NCBI GenBank assembly: GCA_032718475.1
Contig: JAUCBJ010002731.1
Span: 1-43,050, forward strand
Length of the DNA: 43,050 nt
From: Nemertoderma westbladi
Taxonomy: Eukaryota; Animalia; Xenacoelomorpha
Direction: 5' to 3'
The position numbers and the translations under genes are program-made. Positions within the stretch are counted from its first letter, which is position 1. Every line of letters starts with the position of its first letter. Shown one piece after another: positions 36,817 to 43,050 of this stretch. The notes under the pieces are model-generated. The model was not told where the DNA came from. It did no database searches and worked only from the letters and a program-made list of their open reading frames with translations.

Positions 36817-37512
36817 CACCCCCTGACTTTTTTTCATCAGATTTTTTTAAATGTGTTATCCGATGTTAAATTTTATGGTGATTCCGAATCTGAAATCAAT
36901 TTTTCGATAAGTTGTTTTGTTCTCGAGTTATGGCAACTTATGTAATTTTCAACCAAAATTTGAAAATTTTTATTTTTGGTGCAGCACCACATTTGACACC
37001 AAAAAAAACCATCAAACACCCAGAAATATCGAAATATTTTGCCATTTTCGGAATCAGCGCCGAAAATTAGCCTATAGGTATCAAAACCGCAAAAGAAGAT
37101 CATTTTTGAAAAAATTTAAAAAAATTTCACTTTTGGTGCATATTTGGTCAGTTGTAATCAGGAGGAAATTTAAAACACGTTTTTCTCGGTTTATCATATT
37201 TTTTCCTACAAGTTCTGTAATTTTATACCGATTTTAATTCTGTTAGCGTTTTTTCGAAGCTCCTGGTGTCGCTGATTCCGAAAACGGCAAAATATTTCGA
37301 AAATTTATGGGTGTTTAATGGCCTTTTTTGGTGTCAAATGTGGTGCTGCACCAAAATTAAAAATTTTCAAATTTTTGATAAAAATTACAAAAGTTGCCAT
37401 AACTCGAGAACAAAACAAGTTATCGAAAAACTGATTTCAGATTCGGAATCACCATAAAATTTTACATCGGATAACACATTAAAAAATATGATGAAAAAAA
37501 AGTCAGGGGGTG
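36817..37512. mobile_element. Foldback/MITE-type DNA element with ~245-bp inverted arms
   Basis: CACCCCCTGACTTTTTTT...GATTCCGAATCTGAAATC...CTCGAGTTATGGCAAC mirrored at 37265-37512. Confidence 0.88.
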
Positions 37513-37549
37513 AAACCCCCCCCCCCCCCCTCCCCCCCCCCCCTCCCCC

Positions 37550-37785
37550 TTAAGAGGCGTCTCACACAAGTCATGGGCCTGTTTACCTGTTTATTTTTTT
37601 TTAATATATATACAGCAAGCCCCCTGTTAGTGAGAATGTCGCGGTTAATTATCAAGTCATAGGCTGTCCACCATGCTTATATTCTCCATAAAGCACAAGA
37701 TTGTGCACAGACTGGTCCTCACGGCGAAAACAATGTCTTGCAAATCGGAGGCGGCTTTGTTTTAGTGTCAAGCATGGGGGAACAA
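37550..37785 (-). mobile_element. RTE family A diverged fragment with a 75-bp insertion
   Basis: GGCTGTCCACCATGCTTAT...CTGGTCCTCACGGCGAAA matches family A. Confidence 0.8.
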
Positions 37786-38823
37786 GTCTATAATAATGTA
37801 ATCAGGCAAAAGGGGGAGTGAAGCGAACAAATGAATACGAATTAAAATTGTGCAACATTATAAATGTAACATTGTGTGTTAGGCAGTAAAATGTGTGGAG
37901 GAATCTATTAAACGGAAGAGAAGCGAAAATTTAAAGGTTTGTTAAACATCGAAAATTGGCAATGACGTTTTGCTTTTTTCTTACTTTTGGCTACTTTTAT
38001 GCGAGTAACTACAACTTTACTATCTTTAATGAACTGTTATTTGTTTTGTTATTTGTTAAAGATAGTTGTTAGACAGACAGCGAATTTTACTAAATATATT
38101 ACAATAGTGCAAAATGAACGCAAAAAAATATAGAAGAATTATTGACGAATTTCTACCGGTCCGGTAGGCCTACTGTAGCAATAGAGGATTTTTAAATGAG
38201 TTTCATTTCGTTTATTATAACCCATTTCGTTTATCGCTTATTGAACCCAAAATACTTCGATTCAAAATTAATACATAAAATCGAATATATTATTTGAGTG
38301 TTTGATTTGAAGGAAACAAAATAAAAAAAAATAAAAAATAAATCTTTTTCCTTATCAAACATATGTGCATTACTAGGAGGCACAACTTAATCAGACATAC
38401 AACAATCTTTGTTTGATAAGGAAAAACTAACAGCTGCGACGGTGATAAAATCAATTTGGGTTGGAAATTATTCGTATTGATGAACTATTACTGTATTACG
38501 ACATCTACCGCTGGTACTCTGCACTGGCAATGCATTTAATTGATTTTTTTTCCCGATAAGACGTTGATTCCGGGTAAATGTTCTTTATGGGTGTCTTTCT
38601 TAAAACAGCTGCTATTCTGTTTGGTACGGGATTGCCTCGACGCTCCAATTAAACTGTAAAAGCGTTTGATTCACAACCCCTTATTACATTGCGACAGACG
38701 CTATTATTTCAATTGCATCTCACCGGAACTTATAAGTGCGAGTTTATGTAGTTTTACCACTTTTATAGATTTTTTTAGGTTGTTAAATTATTTGAATAAT
38801 CTTGAAGATAATAACTAATCGCC

Positions 38824-38889
38824 ATGGCAACAGAAGGAGGGGCTACGATTATTAAATATCTTATATTTTTCTTTAATTTTATTTTCTGG
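38824..38889 (+). CDS. Tetraspanin (CD63-like) first coding exon; remaining exons not seen in the window
   Basis: Kozak GCCATGG; MATEGGATIIKYLIFFFNFIFW then GTAAGT donor, the typical KYLxFxFNxxFW start of TM1 with an intron after FW. Confidence 0.88.
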
Positions 38890-39404
38890 GTAAGTTAATT
38901 ATATCACTATATCCTTCCTTGCAATTAATTTGGTAGTAATAATTATAATATGATGCCGGCGTTGTCAAGATGGCGGCAGTGAAAATGTATTTGTTTAATT
39001 CGTATTAATTGAAAATTGTAAAAAATTCCCAGAATAAAATCGTAGCATAAAATAAATACACCTAACGATTAAGTATAAGAAATTATGTAGGACCGGTAAT
39101 AATCTATTTATAGTACAAATTACATGAGTCATTACATGGTAATATTAACTGCTAATAATCAGTTATTAATTACAATGATAAATTGGGTTGTTATGGTAAC
39201 CATCCCGTTAGATGGTTTGTTACATTGTTCCTACAGTAGGTTTCGAGCAGGGTGACACCAACACACATACGCCGAACAGATGGGACAATAAAAAACCGTC
39301 ATTGGCTGCGGCCGCGGATGAATATCTGATTTTTGGACTGAATTTTCACGCGTACGAGTTTTATCCACTCCTGGTCCTGGTGCAGTTTTACGCGCCCATA
39401 AAAT

Positions 39405-40622
39405 ACAACTCCCTATCACCCATAACATTTGCTATATCATCGGCATCTTCAAGGCCAGTGTCCTTTAAGATGTGTCTCAAGAAAGTCATGGGCTGTCCAC
39501 CATGCTTATTCACTCCATGAGGCTGCCAAAGCACAAGATTATGCACTGGCTGGTCCTCACGGCGAAAACAATGTCCTGCAAAGCAGAGGCGACTTTGTTC
39601 TAGTGTCAAACTCGGGGGAACCAATGAGACACCTCCAATGTTATATAGTGTCTGGTTAGAGATGTTTGCATTGTGCTTGACACAGTGAACCCGGCGTAGC
39701 ATTCTTGTGAATGTGCCATCCAGAGATTTGGTGTCCTCAGCAGTTAGAGCCCAGCATGGACTCCCATAGAGGAGTTACTGAAACTACTGCTGCTCTAAAT
39801 AACCGGACCTTAAGTTTCCGATTAATTCTAGGTGACTTCCAAATCCTGGAAAGCCTATTCAAGGCTGCCCATGCCTTTCCCTTACGTAATCGAAGGGCCT
39901 CACCTGACTTTCGGATCCATGATCCCAGGTAACAGAAGTCGTCCACATGCTCAAGCATACCATCCTTTGAGCTTGTGCTCATTCAGCCAGAGACTTGCTG
40001 AGGACTTTCAAAGTTAACTGTCAAAATTTTGGTCTTTTTGGAGTTAATACTAGAAGCAGCCTGATCTAATGAGCTAAGGAGCCGTTGGGCTCCCTCTAGT
40101 GATTCTGAGAGTACTCCTAAGCCATCAGCAAAGTCTAGATCAGTTAGGTAATTGGCAGGATTTTCTCGATTTCTGGAGCCAGTAGGTAGAGTTACCATCA
40201 CCCCATCATCATTATTATGATCTAAGGACATGCGTAGAACATAGACACCCACAATTATGAACAGGAATGGCGCAAGTGTGTCTCCCTGGAGGACTCCCAA
40301 TAACACATCAAATGGTTCTGTGTCACCGTCAACAGTGGACACAAATGTAGTCCGACCATCGTATACTGATCTGATTGCTGCAATAATTTCATCAGGAATC
40401 CCATATAATGAAAGTATGCTGAACATACGTGAGCGAGAGACTGAATCAAAGGCCTTGAAGAAGTCAACAAAGATAACAGCCAGATGCCTGTCTTTCTTTT
40501 TTGATAACTCTTCAATTATCCTTCTAAGTGCCAAAATGGGCTCCACGGTCCCACGACCTTTACGGAACCCATTCTGATTTCCACGGAGCAGTCTCTCAAT
40601 GGGATCCCTGATGCGATTTAAT
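39405..40622 (-). mobile_element. RTE family A RT fragment (tetraspanin intron)
   Basis: NQNGFRKGRGT, FVDFFKAFDSV, GVLQGDTLAPFLF, LDFADG. Confidence 0.93.
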
Positions 40623-41764
40623 TGAACTCCCATTATGTATGGGAGTTCAAAGATTGCAAGAATTATCGTACTTTATGTAAGCTGGTTGTTTTATCAAACT
40701 GAATGCGAATATAAGGCAAACGCTTTGTAAGTCTCTAAAAATAAAGCTGTGGGGGGGGGGGGGGGGGGTATGATTAATGGGCAGTGGGGTGCAGCACTGT
40801 GTGGTGAAAATTGCACCGATGGCAACAATTTCCATACATAGTTTTGTTATCATGTGCCTGACGCTGTTAATAATACGACTCAGAAGCGCCTAGTGAAAGT
40901 GACGGAAAGTATTGGTACATCACTGCTAGAAGGATATGATACAAAATAATCGCCTCCCTACTGTATTATTTACTACTATTTTTTTACCAATACATCTACA
41001 ACTTATCACTGCCGTTTAAAAATGTAACACTACCTTTCCTAACCTCTCGACGACATATAAATAAAATAACGTTTTGTGTAAAAATTCTTAAAACTCATAA
41101 TAACATTTAATACTTTGTCATTTATATAGAAAATACGATAGAGAGAATTCAGATATACTTTAAAGTTACGATTGTTGGTAGGCCTACATAATACAGTGAA
41201 AGTGTTTCTGGTTTCTTCGCTAGGCCTACTGTATGTGCTATTAATATGTAACGTGTAGATTAGATACAGTAGTGAAGTACATCCAAACCTAATTATCGCC
41301 ATAAATACAATAATAAACAGTAATTACTTTAGATCTTGACGCTTTATTCCATTCCACTAGCAACTACAGTACTGTAATAGTGTTTACTATTCGGCTGCCT
41401 CTGTGTGTGTAGGGAATCGGTGTTTTTGGAATAAAAATAATTATCTATCATCTTATCTTACAATAACGTGTCAGAAACGGGAACGCCTGCGGTGGCAGTG
41501 CGCTAAGTGTATTGGCGGGGAATGTGAGGACAAATATTGTCGATGTAAAGATGGAATGGTCGACTGTAAATGAATGCAACTGTCCAGCAGTAGGCCTATA
41601 CGAAGCGATAAGGAAACCCGAGCGCGGATATGCGATCTTAGAGTAATTAGGTGGTCAGAAGGTGACGAACGGATGCCAAATCTCTGGATGGCATTTTCAC
41701 AAGAGTGCTGCGCCGGGTAACATTGAGTCAATTATATTGAAACATCTCCAATCAGACTCTATAT

Positions 41765-41950
41765 TACAACATTGGAGTTGTTCCATTCGTATCTCCTAGC
41801 TTGACACTTGAACGGAACCGCCTCCGCTTTACAGGACATTGCTTTCGCTGTGACGACCAGGCAGTGCATAATCTTGTTCTTTCGCATGAAGATCGTAGTG
41901 GTAAACGAACAGTGTGGCGATAAAGCTGAGTTGTTTTTGAGGACCTACAG
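41765..41950 (+). mobile_element. RTE family A-related diverged 3' fragment
   Basis: RNRLRFTGHCFRCDDQAVHNLVL. Confidence 0.75.
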
Positions 41951-42329
41951 TACAAGGCCACAAGCATTACCACTTGTGAGGAAGGGAAAGTCCACGATTT
42001 CGTCAAGGTGACTATCAACAAAGATTTCAGTTGCCAATCGAAAGAGAGTAAAGAAGGTTGACATATTGAAATCGCAGGCCTTCCAACTGAGTGGCCTTCT
42101 ATAGCTGCAACAGTACACTGTACAGTAGGCCTTGGTAGACATGTCGACATTCTGGGAAATAAGTGCCATTGTCCAGGACACTAACATAAATAGCAGACGT
42201 GGGAGGTGGTCCGCGTCATCAGAAAACTATAGTACAGTACAGTACATATTATGGTTTATGGTGTGTACAGATATTGTAAGTCTATTTATTATACCAGCAA
42301 AACATGATGTCATTGTCATGATTCAGTTT

Positions 42330-42850
42330 GAATACAGTGACTCACATTACATAAAATGTGAGTCCAATTGAAGTAGTTGATAAATATTGTTACCTAGGCC
42401 ATATTTTACATTCCACGTGTGATGATGACTTTGATATTAGAAACCAATTGCGTTCTCTCTATGGTAGAGCTAATATGTTAGTAAGGAAATTTGGTGCTTC
42501 ATCTATTCCCGTTAAGGTGACCCTATTTAGATCTTTTTGTACGTCTGTGTTCGCTAATGCACTATGGTCGAGACTTAATTATTCCGAGGCAGCTTATAAT
42601 AAATTACGCGTTGCCTATAATAATTGTGGTAGAATGTTGTTTAAAATACCTCGTATGACTAATGACGAACCTACCAGTGTATCTCTGACTTTTAGTTCCT
42701 TAAAATATCCCGCTTTTCGTGCATATTATTAGATATTAGTTCCATTTCCAGTTTATTTAAACGCATTGACTTGTCTACTAATATTATAATAAAAAATGTA
42801 TACAATGTATGTAGGATAGATAATATATCACGTATTTACAGAATGAAAAA
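42330..42850 (+). mobile_element. LINE ORF2 post-RT fragment (clade uncertain)
   Basis: VDKYCYLGHIL...DDFDIRNQLRSLYGRANML...KVTLFRSFC...LRVAYNN. Confidence 0.8.
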
Positions 42851-42890
42851 TTGTAACTATTCATAATTCTTTGGAATATTATATCAAATA

Positions 42891-43050
42891 TATTCCCAGA
42901 TATCGGGACGCGTTTAATTTCTTTGCCCGTTATATTTCCCTCTATATTTCCCGCTGTATATTCCCCTTATTATTCCCGGATATCGGGATGCGACTAATTT
43001 CTTTTCCCGCTGTATTTCCCTCTATATTTCCCGCTGTATATTCCCCTTAT
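42891..43050. repeat. 80-bp tandem repeat, two copies, running to the window end
   Basis: TATTCCC(A/G)GATATCGGGA...TATATTTCCCGCTGTATATTCCCCTTAT twice. Confidence 0.85.

Noticed and set aside
34182-36837. MCEKVKSTSPSS repeat proteins
   Set aside because: Translations of the 36-bp satellite, broken by 35-bp units and stops.

Overview
AT-rich animal genomic DNA (spliceosomal introns; probably an invertebrate, inferred only), dominated by transposon debris and three tandem arrays. Four host genes are supportable: (1) the 5' half of a spliced minus-strand cell-surface protein (signal peptide, SEA-like region, Ig domains; exons 9564 to 5249); (2) an intronless permuted NlpC/P60 (PPPDE/LRAT-like) membrane protein whose catalytic Cys is Ser (19716-20510); (3) an intronless type II membrane fibrinogen-related protein (26472-27578); (4) the first coding exon of a CD63-like tetraspanin (38824-38889). 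At ~570-5111 is a pol-less, BEL/Pao-like LTR-type element whose gag-like ORF joins a second unknown ORF through a canonical -1 slippery heptamer (C CCT TTA). The rest: many RTE-type LINE fragments, L2/CRE/other LINE remnants, a Gypsy-like remnant, a tRNA-derived SINE, several MITEs (one only 63 bp with a perfect 8-bp TSD), a 72-bp minisatellite made from an L2 ORF2 tail, a 16-bp AT minisatellite and a 36-bp satellite. All family calls come from reading motifs by eye, not from database searches. I found no provable new system; the frameshift-linked element and the Cys-to-Ser NlpC/P60 gene are the best leads.
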